Source of the DNA: Mobula hypostoma
Taxonomy: Eukaryota
Length of the DNA stretch: 64,000 nt
Direction of reading: 5' to 3'
Assembly: GCF_963921235.1 (NCBI RefSeq)
Contig: NC_086097.1
Location: 22,508,001-22,572,000 of the forward strand
This document shows, piece by piece, positions 38,283 through 50,691 of this stretch; position 1 is the stretch's first letter, and each line of letters opens with the position of its first letter. Both the position numbers and the translations under genes were made by a program. Below the pieces are notes generated by a model. The model ran no database searches. It had not been told where the DNA came from and was given only the letters and a program-made list of their open reading frames with translations.

Positions 38283-38966
38283 AGATTAGATTAGGTTATG
38301 AGGACACTCAATCCTCGTTTATTGTCATTTAGAAATGCATGCATTAAGAAATGATACCATATTCCTCCAGAGTGATATCACACAAAAACAGGACAAACCA
38401 AAGACTAACACTGACAAAACCACATAATTATAACATATAGTTACAGCAGTGCAAAACAATACCATAATTTGACAAAGAATAGACCATGGGCATGGTTAAA
38501 AAAAAGTCTGAAGTCCCAATCGACTCCTATAGTCCCTGATAGCAGGCAGCAAAAAGGGTGAAACTCCCCTGCCATAAACCTCCAGGCACCAACAACTGAC
38601 AACTGTGGATGCATTGGAAGCACCTGACCACAGCCGACAGAGTCCGTCCGAAAACTTCAAGCCTCTGACCAGCCTCTCCGATACAGCCTCCCGAGCGCCA
38701 TCCTCTGCCGAGCACCTTCAACCTGGTCCCTGCCGCCAAAACAAGCAAAGTCGAGAACTCAGAGGCCTACTCCTCCGGAGATTCCGGCCTACACAGTAGC
38801 AGTGGCAGCGAAGCGGGCATTTCAGAAGTTTCTCCAGATGTTCCTCCGCGATCTCATGTCTGTCTCCATCAAATCAGAATTGTGCACAGTACCCAACTTA
38901 ACAAATACGGATATCATTCCGGAGCGGCCGCGCGTGCTGCGCTGTGCCGCCATCTTCTCCTCCTCC
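38283..38966 (-). mobile_element. ~680-bp non-autonomous LINE-derived element, copy 2
   Basis: Colinear with 17745-18404; - strand starts ggaggagaagatggcggc; (atcta)n tail. Confidence 0.7.
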
Positions 38967-40107
38967 CTAAAGAGTGAGATCATTGGTTGTGGGAACATTT
39001 CGAAGATGGGGCAAGTGAGTGTAGATATCCCCTTTTATTCAAGAGCCTGATGGTTGGGGGATAGGAACTGTTCTTGAACTTGGTGGTACGGGTCCTGAGG
39101 CTCTTGTACCTTCAAACTTATGGCAGCAGCAGCAGAAAAGAGCATTCCCTGGGTGGTGGGGCTTCTCTGATGATAGATGCTGCTTTCCTACAACAGCATT
39201 TCATGTAGCTATACTCAGTAGTTGGGAGGGCTTTACCCGTGATGTACTGAGCTGAATCCATTACCTTTTTGGAGGTGCTCCAACCATTGCTATTTGTCAT
39301 CTATATCAATGTACAAGGCTTGGTTGCAGGTGACACGGAAGTCAGTGGTATTGTCAATAGTGAAGATGGTTATCAGGGATTAAAAGGGATCTTGATCATC
39401 TTAGTACATGGACTGAGAAAAAGTGAATAGAGTTGAATTTGGCTATGTGTAAAGAGTTGCATTTTGGAAAGACAAATGAGAGTAGAACCTTCACAGTGAA
39501 CCACAGTGCCCTGGGGAGTGTTGTAGAACAGACAGACCTAGAAGTACAAATACATGGTTCCCTGGAAGTGACATAATAGGTTAACAGGATGGTGAAGAGA
39601 GACTTCATCAATCAGGGGATGGGATATTATGTGGCATTTGTACAAGATATTGACGAGTCTGCATTTGGAATATTGCATTCAGTTTTGGTCAGCTTGCTGT
39701 AGGAGAGATGACATTAAAGTGCAAAGAGTGCAGAGGAAATTTATGGGGATGTCACTGGGACTTGAGGAACTGAGCTATGGAGTCAAGTTGAGCTGTTTGG
39801 ACCTTTATTCTCTGGAGTGTAGAAGATGAGGGGTGATCATATAGAGGTGTATAAAATCACAAAGGATATAGGTAGGGTTGATGCACACAGCCTTTTTCCA
39901 GGGTGAGGGAATCACTATCTGGGGGATGTGGAGAGAGATTTAATAGGAAACCGAGAGGCACCATTTTCACCCAGAGGATGGTCATGAGTTGTCAGAGGAA
40001 GTGGGTGAAGCAGGAACATTCAGAACATTGAAACGTTGCTTGGAAGGATAAATGGAGAGAAAAGCTTTGAGGGATGTGGGTCAAGCACAGCAAATGGGAT
40101 GACCTTA

Positions 40108-40838
40108 AGGCTGATTTATACTTGTGCGTACTAGCATACACAAGTGGCCTACACCGTTGTGAGCATTTATACTTGTGTGTTGGTGTGTCTGCGTCATTCT
40201 GCAATTCACCGCCAAAACACTAGTTGGCGGTGGGGTTTCTATGCCACTGTGTTGAGTTTTTTCGTGTTGAAACTCAACACAAAGAAACTCAAACTTTAAA
40301 CAATCTCAACTGAAACTGGAGGAGGGTGAATTTTCTGTGCTTGTCCGGCCACTGAGAGACATGGATGAGGAAGTGCATTTCAAATATTTCCGGATGTCAG
40401 CAGGTAGATTAGACGACTTGGTTCATCGTCTCCAACCATTTATTTTGCATCAGTGTACGCACAGTATACTCAGAGACTGGCAATCACCATTCGAGTTTTA
40501 GCTTCAGGTGGAAGTCAACAGGCTGTAGCAGCTAGCTACAAACTGGCTTCAAGCACAGGGTCCTCCATAATTTCGGAGGTTTGTAAAGCTTTATGGAAAG
40601 CATTGCAGCCAGAGTTCCATCCCTGCCTTTCAGTCGCCCAATGGGAAGCTGTTGCAGCGTAGGAGGAAATGTGATGCTACCAAGCGGACTAATCACAGTT
40701 GTTGCGGTCTGCATTGCCACGATGCATAGTTACATTTTTGGGGAGGTGCACGTCAGGCTACGGCATAGGGTATGGCGTAGGTTACGCGGCTAAGCTGTAC
40801 CTACGGCGTCGATTCGACGCAGAAGTATAAATTGGCCT
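40108..40838 (+). mobile_element. PIF/Harbinger deletion derivative with TIRs and N-terminal transposase fragment
   Basis: TIR aggctgatttatacttgtgcgt / acgcagaagtataaattggcct flanked by [17 protein letters not shown] and [30 protein letters not shown] (Harbinger HTH); no DDE domain. Confidence 0.85.
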
Positions 40839-41949
40839 TACGATGGGCATCTTGGTAGGCATGCACTTGTTGGGCTGAGGGGCCTGTCTCCGTGCTGTAT
40901 AAATCAGTGGCTGTTTCTAAAAGGATGTATTGTACGGGGACTAAATTTATTTTGACCTGAGGCGAATCAGAGGTGAGCAACTCTGCTGTAATGCATTTGG
41001 ATTCATTCCTATGCCTGGTGCTTTGTAATTTGTTATGGTAATTCACTTGATAGGAACTCAGATGCTAATAACTGCCTGCAACTGTGTTTAAATATCCGTA
41101 ATTACTGCATAATATTATGTTAATAAATAATGTTCCTCCCTGCCAATCTCAATTTTCCATTAGTTTACTTCAGTACTTAAAAGGTTGTCTTGCTGTTGGG
41201 ATAATAATGAAGTACTGGTAATCTCTAATATTGAACCTGAGTAGTTGCTCTCACCTGTTAATGTATCGAGTGAGTGTCATAGAGTCATTGAGATATATAA
41301 CATGGATTGAGAGTAATAAGCCTTGGTCACTTTTAATTCCACTTTTCAGTTACAACAGTGTATTCTGACATCAGGAACAATCAATTGGTTACAGACTGTA
41401 ATATGTTAACATTAAACATATAATCAAAAAGCACAATACTGCAGATAACTGGATCTGAACTATATTGTTGGAAATGTACAACAGAATGATAATAATCTTG
41501 ATCATCGCAGGCAAAGCAATTCAGGAAGATCACTCGTCCTTTTGAGCTCTGTCCTCGAAAGAACTAGCCTGCTTAAACATTGCACCTTAGAGAAGTCGGA
41601 TATCAGCATGGGTTCCTACTAAATCTGGATGGGTAATGTTTTAGTTCATGAGCCCTTCTACTCCAGCTTCCTCATCTTTCATATTGCTGACCGTGATGAC
41701 TCCACCTCCACGTCATCCAAGAAGAGAGTGTGGATTAACATACTTTGAACGACACCGGAGATCATGGCAGGGAATGTACGTGTCATTGGATTCACAATAA
41801 TGTAGTTTCAGACGATAGGTTATTGGTCAAAGCCGGCTATTCTGTGAATAACCATAAACTGTCATTTATTCATTTTTTTTAGACCTATGAAGATTTAGAG
41901 TTAGATGAAATTTAAAGATCGTGGGGTATTGGTCTATGATTCTGATTCT

Positions 41950-43030
41950 AAGTCATGATGCAGCAATATAAAACTTTGGTTAGGCGTTCAGTTGGAGTAT
42001 TGCCTGCTGCTTTGGTCACCATATTAGAGGGCTTTGGAGAGGGTGCAGAAAAGGTTCATCAGGATGCTCCCTGATTAAAGGGTGTTAGCAATAAAGGGAG
42101 GTTGGACAAGCTTAGATTGTTTTCTCTGGACTGTCTGTTGCTAAGGGGAGACATGACAGAGTTTATAAAATTCGGAGAGGGATAGATAGAGGAGGCATCT
42201 GGAATCTATCTTTTAGGGTGTTGACTCCTACAGAGCATAGATTTAATGTGAGAGTGGAAACGTTCAAAAGCTTTTCACACAGAGTGATAGGAGTCTGGAT
42301 CATGTTGCCAGTGATGACGGTGGGAGCAGATAGTGGTGTTCAAGGTGCTTTTAGATAACCACATGAATATGCAGGGAATAGAGGGATATAGATGATGTGC
42401 AGGCAGAAGACCTAATAAAGAGCAATGTGCCCAGTTTTGGTCAACAACCTACAGGAAAGATGTTATTAGGGTTAAAAGAATACAGAGAGAATTTACAAGG
42501 ATGTTGCTGGGTCTGGGGGAACTGAGTGATATGGAAAGATTGAATAGGTTAGGACTTTATTCCTTGGAACACAGAAGACTGAGAGGCAAATAAAGTTATA
42601 AGGGGTATAGATCAGGTAAATGCAAGCAGGCTTTTTCTACTGAGGTTTGATGGGACTACAATTTAGAGGTCATGGGTTAAGGATGAAAGGTGAAAAGTTA
42701 AAGGGGAACATGAGGTGAAACCTCTTCGCTCAGAGAGTCATGAGAGTGTGGAATGAGTTGCCAGCGCCAGTGGTGCATGCGAGCTCGATTTCAATGTTTA
42801 AGAGAAATTCAGATAGGTACATGGATGGTAGGGGTATGGAGGGCTATGGTCCAGGTGCAGGTTGATGGGAGTCTAAATGCCTCGGCATGAATTAGATGGG
42901 CCAAGGGGCCTGTTTCCATGCTGTACTTTTCCATGACCATGACTAAGGGACGAGTTTAATTGGACATCATGCTCAATACAGACTTGTGTGAAAAGCCTGT
43001 TCTTGTGTTGTACTATTCTATATTCTATAA
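41950..43030 (+). mobile_element. Stacked CR1 3' fragments
   Basis: YKTLVRRSVGVL/QFWSTTYRKD-type RT C-terminal remnants and two tails. Confidence 0.7.
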
Positions 43031-43544
43031 TGATGAGCATGTGTGTGAGAATGAGCAGCAGGGAAAAGTGGGAGAACAACATCATGCTGAGGGCTAACAT
43101 ATTCCCGATGGGTCAAACGTCTTCATCTATCATTGTGACAAACGAGAAAGAAATGAGAAACTTACTTATTTTGTGCTGAGCTTTGTTCCAAATGTTAGGT
43201 CCAAATTGCTGGCCTTCGCAAAACTCCCAATAAAGTACAGCTATTTTGCAGTTCAGAATTGGCTTACCGCTGATGAGAGCAATTTTGGGCATCTTGCTGG
43301 TCCCTAGATAACATGTTTCATCCAGCTTATGGTACATAAATGGGTTCTATGTTCACGCCTAAAATCTGATCTGGGAACTCACTAAAGCAGTTATCAAATT
43401 GATAAAGTGTACCTTTAAAATTGTTTTGCTGATACAACTACAAGACTACGAGAACGAGGGACAGGAGCAGACTTTTCAGCCTCTTGGTCCTACTTCACCA
43501 TTCAATACCACCATGGCTACTTCCACGTTTTTCAGATTTGCTCT

Positions 43545-44110
43545 CCTTGGTTATCCTTGGTTGGTTGCGGTTGACCATGGATATTGCAGCCCAGCTGTCT
43601 GCATCACATGCAAGCCTGGGCAGTATGATACAGAGAGCAAGCTGTTGCCCAGGCAGCAGGTACCCCTTCTCCATGCCGCTAATGAACCCAAAGGAATGGC
43701 AGAGACTGATACAGTTTGGCACCAGTGGCTTTGCAGGAGTTGCCAGTCAGCATCAAACTCAACTTATAAGATTGCTGTAGGGACTCCAGCTCCAGGTTTT
43801 TTCATCGGGGGTTTACTCTTGAAGTCCTAACAATGAGTGAGTATAAGCAGCGGAGGTTTGAGAGCAGTTCTCCTTCTCCTTGGTGAGCTGGCAACCATGG
43901 ATGACGAGCCCCATCTGCCCGAAGCGACTGGTTTTAAGGAGCCATTAACCTGCCTTTGCCCCTTCAGTAGAACTGGTTCTGCCGGGCTTAGTAGCTAAAT
44001 CACATGTGAAGGCCAGGAGCTGGTTGTCATAGGCAATTTGAGACACATGACATTGGAAGCATTTAATAGTAGAGTTTATCTCTACTACTCCACTCCTCTG
44101 ACCCCTCCAG
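43545..44110 (-). mobile_element. Longer, diverged relative of the 37737-38108 element
   Basis: - strand ttcgggcagatggggctcgtc..ctggcaactcctgc..gggcaac..atccatggtc, colinear with 37741-38085. Confidence 0.6.
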
Positions 44111-44169
44111 TTATGACAAACTTGGAGGAACTTTCTCAAGGGGATCCTTGATCTATCCGCTTACTGGTT

Positions 44170-47100
44170 AACAATCTATCTAGTTCAGCTTTTAATATAA
44201 GACCATATGATATAAAGTCTCAGCTTTAAACATACCTAATGACATGGCCTTTCCAGTTGTCTGTAGCAATAAAGTCCCCTGATTCACCACCCTCTGGCTA
44301 AAGAAATTCCTCCTCATCTATTCAAGAATAGAATCTTCACAGCTTTGCGGTGACCACCATTTCTGAGATCATTCCCTGTGGTCCGGAACATCCTCCCAAC
44401 ATTTAACTTGGCAATGCCCCAGAAATTTTCATGTTTTAATAAGATCACTTTTTATTTTTCTAAATCTAATGAATACAAATCAAATATGTTCAAACCTTCC
44501 TCATAAAGCCAGCCCCTCCATACCTGGGATCATCCAACCAAATCTACCCCAAATTGCCTGCAAGTCTAAGGTGGTTTTTATTTTTAAAAAAAGACCAAAA
44601 TTATTCATTGTACTCTAGTTGAGGCTTCACTTGTGCTATTTACAGCATTGTTTTATGCTCTAGGAATCCTTGAAACCTATCTTGGGCCAAAGTGTTGACT
44701 GCTTATTCCCCTCCATAGATGCTGCATGACCTTCTGAGTTCTTCTATCATTTTGTGTGTGTTGCTCAAGATATCCAGCATCTGCAGAATCTCTTGTGTTT
44801 AGTATCTCTCTATATACAGGTTTTATCCCTTCAAAACTTGCTTTCCATTCTATTTTTGAATGATCTGCAATTCTGTAAACAGAACGTCTGATTCCTTCCT
44901 CCAAATCATTAATAGACCTGGTGTGCTGCCTGTAGTACCCCACTGCTGACAGTTTGTCAAAATACAGATGACCCAGTTATCCCTACTCGCTGCCTCCTAG
45001 CTAGTGGTCTCTCTATCCATGTTAATATTACCTCCAACACTGCAAGCTGTTGTGAAGTAACAACAATTTTGTGTAATAACTTATCAAGCATATTTTGAAA
45101 ATATAAATCAATTACTTCTACTGAATTCCCTGTATCTACTCTGGAAAGAACACTAATAAATTTGTCAGACACGATCTTCCCTTTGTGAATCTATGTTGAG
45201 CTCTTTTCTCAGATAATGTTCTGCTATTCTCTCCTTAGTAATGGATTCTAGCAATTTCCAAAAATAAATATTAGCCTTCCACTCTTTTTGAAAACAAATA
45301 TCACATTGCACTTTTCCAATTCTTATGTTCTTCTCCAGAATTTAAGAATTTTTGGAAGGTTATAACCGTTACATCCACCATCTCTGTGGCTTCTTCATTT
45401 AGAATCCTAGGATCCAAACCAGCAAGTCCTGGCCTTTACCAACTTTTAGGATGATTACTGCATCTGGTTCAGAGCTTTCTGAAAAGATGGTGATGATACT
45501 CAATTTCTCCCCAGGTTTTAATATTTGTTTTTAGGATGGCAGCTACTCTGTACGTGACGGCAATAAACTGCCGAGAGTTGTGGGACTGAGCTCGGTACAT
45601 GACAGACACCAGCCTCCCTTCTGTGGACGCTGTCTATACTTCTCGCTGCTTCAGCAAAGCAACCAGCATAATCAAAGATCCCACCCACCCCAGACATTCT
45701 CTCTTCTACCTTCTCCCATCAGACAGAAGATACAAAAGCTTGAAAGCTCGTACCACCAAGTTCAAGGACAGCTTCCCTCCTACTGTATCAGACTCTTGAA
45801 AGAGACTTCTTGTACAATAAGATGGACACTTGGCCTCATAAACTGCCTAGTTATGATCTCGCATTTTGTTTACCCACACTGTACCGTCTCTGTAGCTGTT
45901 ACACTTTTTACCTTGTTTTACCTTGTTCTACCTTACTGTTGAAGCACCTTCAATAATTCCAAAAGACTGAAGTAGGGTAAATACTGAAAGGCTCTTATTC
46001 GCAGTAAAACGTGACCTCCATGCTGGGTGTCTGCCCCTGGTCTGAGGGGGAGGAGCAGGATGAAATCGCCTTTATTCAGGGGACTGTGGGAGGAGCCACA
46101 GGGGAAGTCAGCAGAGGGGCATGTCCAGACAGTTAACCCAGTTACAACATATATATATATGGTTTACCACAACTGTGTAATGAACTGTATGAACAGCATG
46201 CAAGACACTGATTGGAAGATATTACAAAGAGAACAGAACACAAATACTAATTTATTGCCATAATGACAGATGCAGAATATCTGTTTACCTCCTCTGGTAA
46301 CCCCTCATTCTCTACAACTCTTTCCCAACTTCATTCTTTAAGCCAGGGATCTATATTTACATTGTAAACACAAGAGATTCTGCAGATGCTAGAAACATTT
46401 GTCTTACGGGGGGGAAAGTTTTTATTGTCAGCTTTTACATTTTTTGCTTGTTTGCTGTAATAGTTTCTCTGACCTGATTACTTTTTTAGTCCTCCTTTTC
46501 TGGGTTCTGAAGTTACCTAATATTTTTTTTAAGCCTAAAACTAACTTTTGCAGCCGTGTGTATTTTCTCTTTCGACCTAGTACTTTCCTCAATTTCCATG
46601 CTTAGACATGTCGCCTTCAATCCCTTGTTTCATTTAGAATCTTTCTGAGATATATTTTTGCTTGCAATCATAAATTATCCCGCTAAATGTCTGCCACAGC
46701 TCGACTTTTATCTTGCCCACTAGCATACTTGCCCAGTCCACTTTAGTCACTTCACTCCTCATTCCGTTGTAATTCTCTTATTTAAGTTTAACACATTTGT
46801 TTCAGATCCAAGCTTCTTATTCTCAAGTTGAGGGCTGAATTCTATCATGGTGTGATCACTACTTCCTAGGGAGCTCTTAACTCTGAGATCATTTATTAAA
46901 CCTGTCTTATTACACATTACCAGAGTCAAAATAGCCTGTTCCTTGATTTGTTCTATAGTGGAGTGTTCTGGGAAACTATCCCAAATGTACTCAGTGAATT
47001 AATTTTCATGGCCACCATTTCCAATTTGATTAACCCAATCAAAATGAAGATTAAAGTCACACATGATTAATCCACCACTCTTTTTCACTGTCCCCACTCT

Positions 47101-47520
47101 TTCTTGATTTATGCGCCTTCCTACAGTGTGCCTGCTGTTTGGGGGCCTATAACAATTCCTGTCTTCATCTTTCATCTGATACGATTTAACTTCCAGCCAA
47201 ATATACTTCTCCCAGACTGTACATTGTTACTCCAAAACATTAAGCTAATTAAAAGGAAAAGACAGAGTCTGAAATGTGAGCCTTGGTTCATTCTTTACTT
47301 CAAGTGTGGCATGCATGTATCATGTGTAAGCGTCATAACGTATGGAATTAGCTTATTTTTAGAAATAAATAATGCTTAATCAGATCATATATTTACAATA
47401 TTACCCAAATACTATATTAAATACACAACATACTTATCCTAATTTCTTATCAGCAAAGCTTCACCATCATGCTTTCATTCTTGACTGTCCTTTGTTAAAA
47501 GTCAAATTTCAGTGTATGTT
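44170..47520 (-). mobile_element. Old fragmented CR1 (RT and APE remnants) with nested insertions
   Basis: - ORF VEVIDLYFQNMLDKLLHK..WIERPLARRQRVGITG; SDHTMIEF-like remnant near 46850. Confidence 0.55.
45940..46171 (-). mobile_element. 232-bp solo LTR with 5-bp TSD, inserted in a Rex/Babar-type tail (45540-46205)
   Basis: TG...CA termini; TSD ACTGT at 45935-45939 and 46172-46176; AATAAA on - strand. Confidence 0.7.
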
Positions 47521-47544
47521 GAATTCTCAGCTTTGATTGCCACA

Positions 47545-47975
47545 TAAAACATAGAACTGTATAGCACAGGAACAGGCACTTCGGCCCATAATGTTGTGCC
47601 GAACCAGTTAATCAAAGACCCCAAAAGCTAATCCCTCCTACCTACATGATGTCCATATCCCTTCATCTTCCTCATAGTCATGTGCCTATGTAAATGTCTC
47701 TTAAAAGCCTCTAATGTATTTGCCTCTACCACCATGCCAGGCTGCGTCAATCCAGGTATCCATCACTCCCTGAGTAAAAAGAGTGTGATCCCCTCATATC
47801 CCCTTTGAGCACACTCCCTCTCAGTTTCAATGCATGCCCTCTGGTATTAAACATTTCTGCACTGGAAAGATATTCCCTGTCTACTCCATCCATGCCTCAT
47901 AATCTTGTAAACCTCTACCAGATCTCCTCCAGCTTCCTTAGCTCCAAAGAAAACAATCCTCATTTGTCCAGCCCC
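47545..47975 (-). mobile_element. CR1 3' tail fragment
   Basis: aacatagaactgtatagcacaggaacaggcacttcggcccataatg.. tail complement. Confidence 0.7.
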
Positions 47976-48310
47976 ATGTGCCCATGGATACATGTATCGA
48001 TGGAGCATTCCCTTTCATTGATTTTTGCTTATTTAGATCTGCAACTCCTAATTTTGTCTTTTTATTACGTTTCCTTGCATTAACTCCACCTTTTGAGTTG
48101 ATTGTAGTGTTGTTGGTCTCTTGGCCTCTTTTCCCCTACTTTCAACTTTAGCTGTTTGTTTTTTTGTTCAATTTATGTTCTCGTTTTTCTCTCCTCCCCA
48201 CCCCTGTATAGAACATAGAACAGTACAGCACAGGAACAAGTCCTTTGTCCTGCAACACACACAAAATGCTGGTGAACGCAGCAGGCCAGACAGCATCCAT
48301 AGGAAGAAGC

Positions 48311-48350
48311 ACAGTCGACGTTTCGGGCCGAGATCCTTCATCAGGACTAA
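48311..48350 (-). ncRNA. Minimal hammerhead ribozyme motif (left arm)
   Basis: - strand tagtc CTGATGA aggatctcggccc GAAA c GTC gactg. Confidence 0.65.
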
Positions 48351-48375
48351 TTGAAAGAAGAGATCTCTTCTTCCG

Positions 48376-48416
48376 GTTAGACCTGATGAAGGGTCTCGGC
48401 CCGAAACGTCGACTAT
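48376..48416 (+). ncRNA. Minimal hammerhead ribozyme motif (right arm)
   Basis: tagac CTGATGA agggtctcggccc GAAA c GTC gacta; one stem-I mismatch. Confidence 0.65.
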
Positions 48417-48869
48417 GCTTCTTCCTATGGATGCTGTCTGGCCTGCTGCGTTCCACCAGCGTTTTGTGTGGGTTGCTTGAATTTCCAGCATCTGCAGATT
48501 TCCTCGTATTTGAAGTCCTTTGTTCTACAATGTCTGTCTCGACCATTTTCCCCACCTAAACTAATCCCATTTGTCTGCACATGTTAATCTCTGTCTGTTC
48601 CCTGGCTGTGTGTGTGCTTGTCTGTGTGCCTCTTAAACATGGCTGTCATTTTTGCCTCTGCCTCTTTCCCTGGCATTGCGTTCCAAACCCTTATCGTTCT
48701 CTTTGTAATCAAAAACTCCTTTGAACGCTCCTCTTCTTACCTTAAAACCATGCCCTCTGGTATTTGACATTGCCACGCTGGCAAACAGATTATGACCATC
48801 CACCCCACCCCTGCCTCTTTATATTTTAAGGCACACCTATCAGGACACCACTCAGCCTCTGGTGCTCCC

Positions 48870-49125
48870 GCTAAAATGTTAGTGCTTAGTGTAATGCCAT
48901 TACAGAGCCAGCAACCCCTGTTCAATTCTGCTGCTGTTGTGTGTAAGGTGTTTCCACATTCTCCCCATGACCGCAAGCGTTTCTTCTGGATGTTCCAGAT
49001 TCCTCCCCCATTCCAAAGATGCACAGGTTTGTGGGTTAATTGGTCACATGGGTGAAATTGGCTGATGCAGGCTCGTTCAGCCAGAAGGCCCTGTTACCCT
49101 GCTGCATCACAAATAAAAAAAATAA
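48870..49125 (+). mobile_element. V-SINE-like element
   Basis: gttcaattc head; ttcctccccattccaaagatg..ggttaattggtcacatggg core; A-rich tail. Confidence 0.65.
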
Positions 49126-49996
49126 TACAGCAATCTCAATCTGCTTAGTTTTATAGCTATTCCAGACAACAGCCTTATTAATTTAAGTCCAAACCAAGAG
49201 CACTAGCAAGCACCCCAGTGAGGATATGAGTTCTTGTCCTCCTTGGGCTCAACTAATCAGCCTGTAAAGTTTCCATGTTTTCCAAAATCTAAAATCCTGC
49301 CATCTGTAGCATTCAGTATGTTTTCATCTTATCAGTCCATCCATGTCGTTCTTGTTAACATCTGGCATTCTGTACAACTTTAGAAACCAATATTTTTTAA
49401 AAATTTAATTTATGTCCTATCTCCACACATTGAATTTCCAGAACCTTTGTCGCTTTATAAATCCCTTACTGCTGAGGGTATTTTTATATAAAACTTGCAG
49501 AGGCTGTATTATTCCCATTTAAAGTGTTGAGAATCTTGTCAGGGCAGCTAAAGGCCACCCTATGGTAACAACAATAAGTTGCCATGGAGATGAGGGAATG
49601 TGGAGAGGATAAAGGTGGACACAGGGAGAATGAGGGGAGATTTGACAGAGATATACAAAATTATGAAGAGTATAGATAGGGTAAATGCAAGCATGGTTTT
49701 TGCCACTGAGATTGGGTGAGACCAGAAACAGAGGTCATAGATTTAGGGTGAAGGGTGAAAGGTGAAATATTTACAAGGGGGAGCTACTTCAGTCAGAGGA
49801 TGGTGAAAACATGCAGAGAGCTGCCAGCTGACATAATTGTACCATTTAAGAGAAGTTTGGATAATTGCATGGATGGGAGGAATATGGAGGGATAGTCCAG
49901 GTGTAGGTTGATGGAACGAAGCACAGACTAGATGGGCTGAAGGACTTGTTTCTGTGTTGCATTGCTCTATGACTCTGACTCTATGGCATATACTTG

Positions 49997-50691
49997 TGTA
50001 GCCCCCCTGGCCAGTCTCAGGGATGCTCGGCTCGCTGTCGTCTAGGGAAACAGCCCCCGGCCCCGCCAAACTGGGTAATAAGTTTGTGTGGATGCTGTGT
50101 GATGTACCCCACCCCGCCCAAATAACAGACAATACACCAGATATGATTAAATGATTTACAGTTTATAGATATTACTGGAACTATATAATTAATAGAGAAT
50201 AAAATATAAAAGGGAAATAAAAGGCGCCACACTTATCAAAGTTCAATCTCTTCGTGCACAAATAGTTGGAGCTCAGGACCCGTCTTCTTCACCCTGCGAC
50301 CCCTCGGACCACCTCGACCGGTCGCCTGGGACCAACAATGGTGGTCGACCAGACACTCCACAAGAGTCCGTCTCCGTCTCCTCTCCTCGCTGAACACCCC
50401 GCTCGGGGTCCGACCCCATTAGTGGACTCACAGCACCTGGTCCATCCTCTGTCTCTCTCTCCCGCCTCTGCCCCAAAACCCCACGCGTGTAATATCTTAC
50501 AAACACACGAAAAGCATAACAACTATCCCAATTGGTTCGTAACATCTTCTTATCAGTAACGTGATCCAAACTGCTAGTGGGAGGACTTTCTCAGCAGATA
50601 ACATAACAAAGAAGCACTTTCAATTATAACATAACAAAGAAGCCATTTTAATTAGACTACGCAGTGACATATAAAAAAGAAACCCCTTACA
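49997..50691 (-). mobile_element. 695-bp solo LTR with 4-bp TSD (Gypsy or ERV1-like)
   Basis: TGTA...TACA termini; TSD CTTG at 49993-49996 and 50692-50695; CpG-rich interior suggests a young insertion. Orientation inferred. Confidence 0.85.

Larger units (their letters stand above)
37300..40900 (+). mobile_element. Old CR1 RT region fragmented by nested insertions (LINE tail, SINE-like elements, Harbinger)
   Basis: RT-like sequence 37300-37690 resumes at ~39270 (LLFVIYIN..) and continues LHLEYCIQFWS to a tail at ~40880. Confidence 0.65.
48252..48512. mobile_element. Fold-back Penelope-end mini-element: ~225-bp spacer-less palindrome plus 36-bp tail, 14-bp TSD
   Basis: Arms 48252-48363 and 48364-48476 centred on gaagaga|tctcttc; TSD aagtcctttgt(c/t)ct at 48238-48251 and 48513-48526. 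Confidence 0.9.

Noticed and set aside
40380..40662. Host HARBI1-like gene exon
   Set aside because: Enclosed by TIRs inside a CR1 tail, frameshifted, and lacking the catalytic domain.
41511..41780. Coding-looking unique stretch (AKQFRKITRPFEL..)
   Set aside because: Weak acceptor, early stop in the neurexin phase, no long open frame on either strand.
43980..44060. HDV-like ribozyme at the 5' end of the RTE-like element
   Set aside because: RTE elements can carry them, but I could not build the nested double pseudoknot from this degenerate copy.
48148..48559. Overlapping ORFs on both strands with duplicated peptides
   Set aside because: A by-product of the palindrome, not protein-coding.
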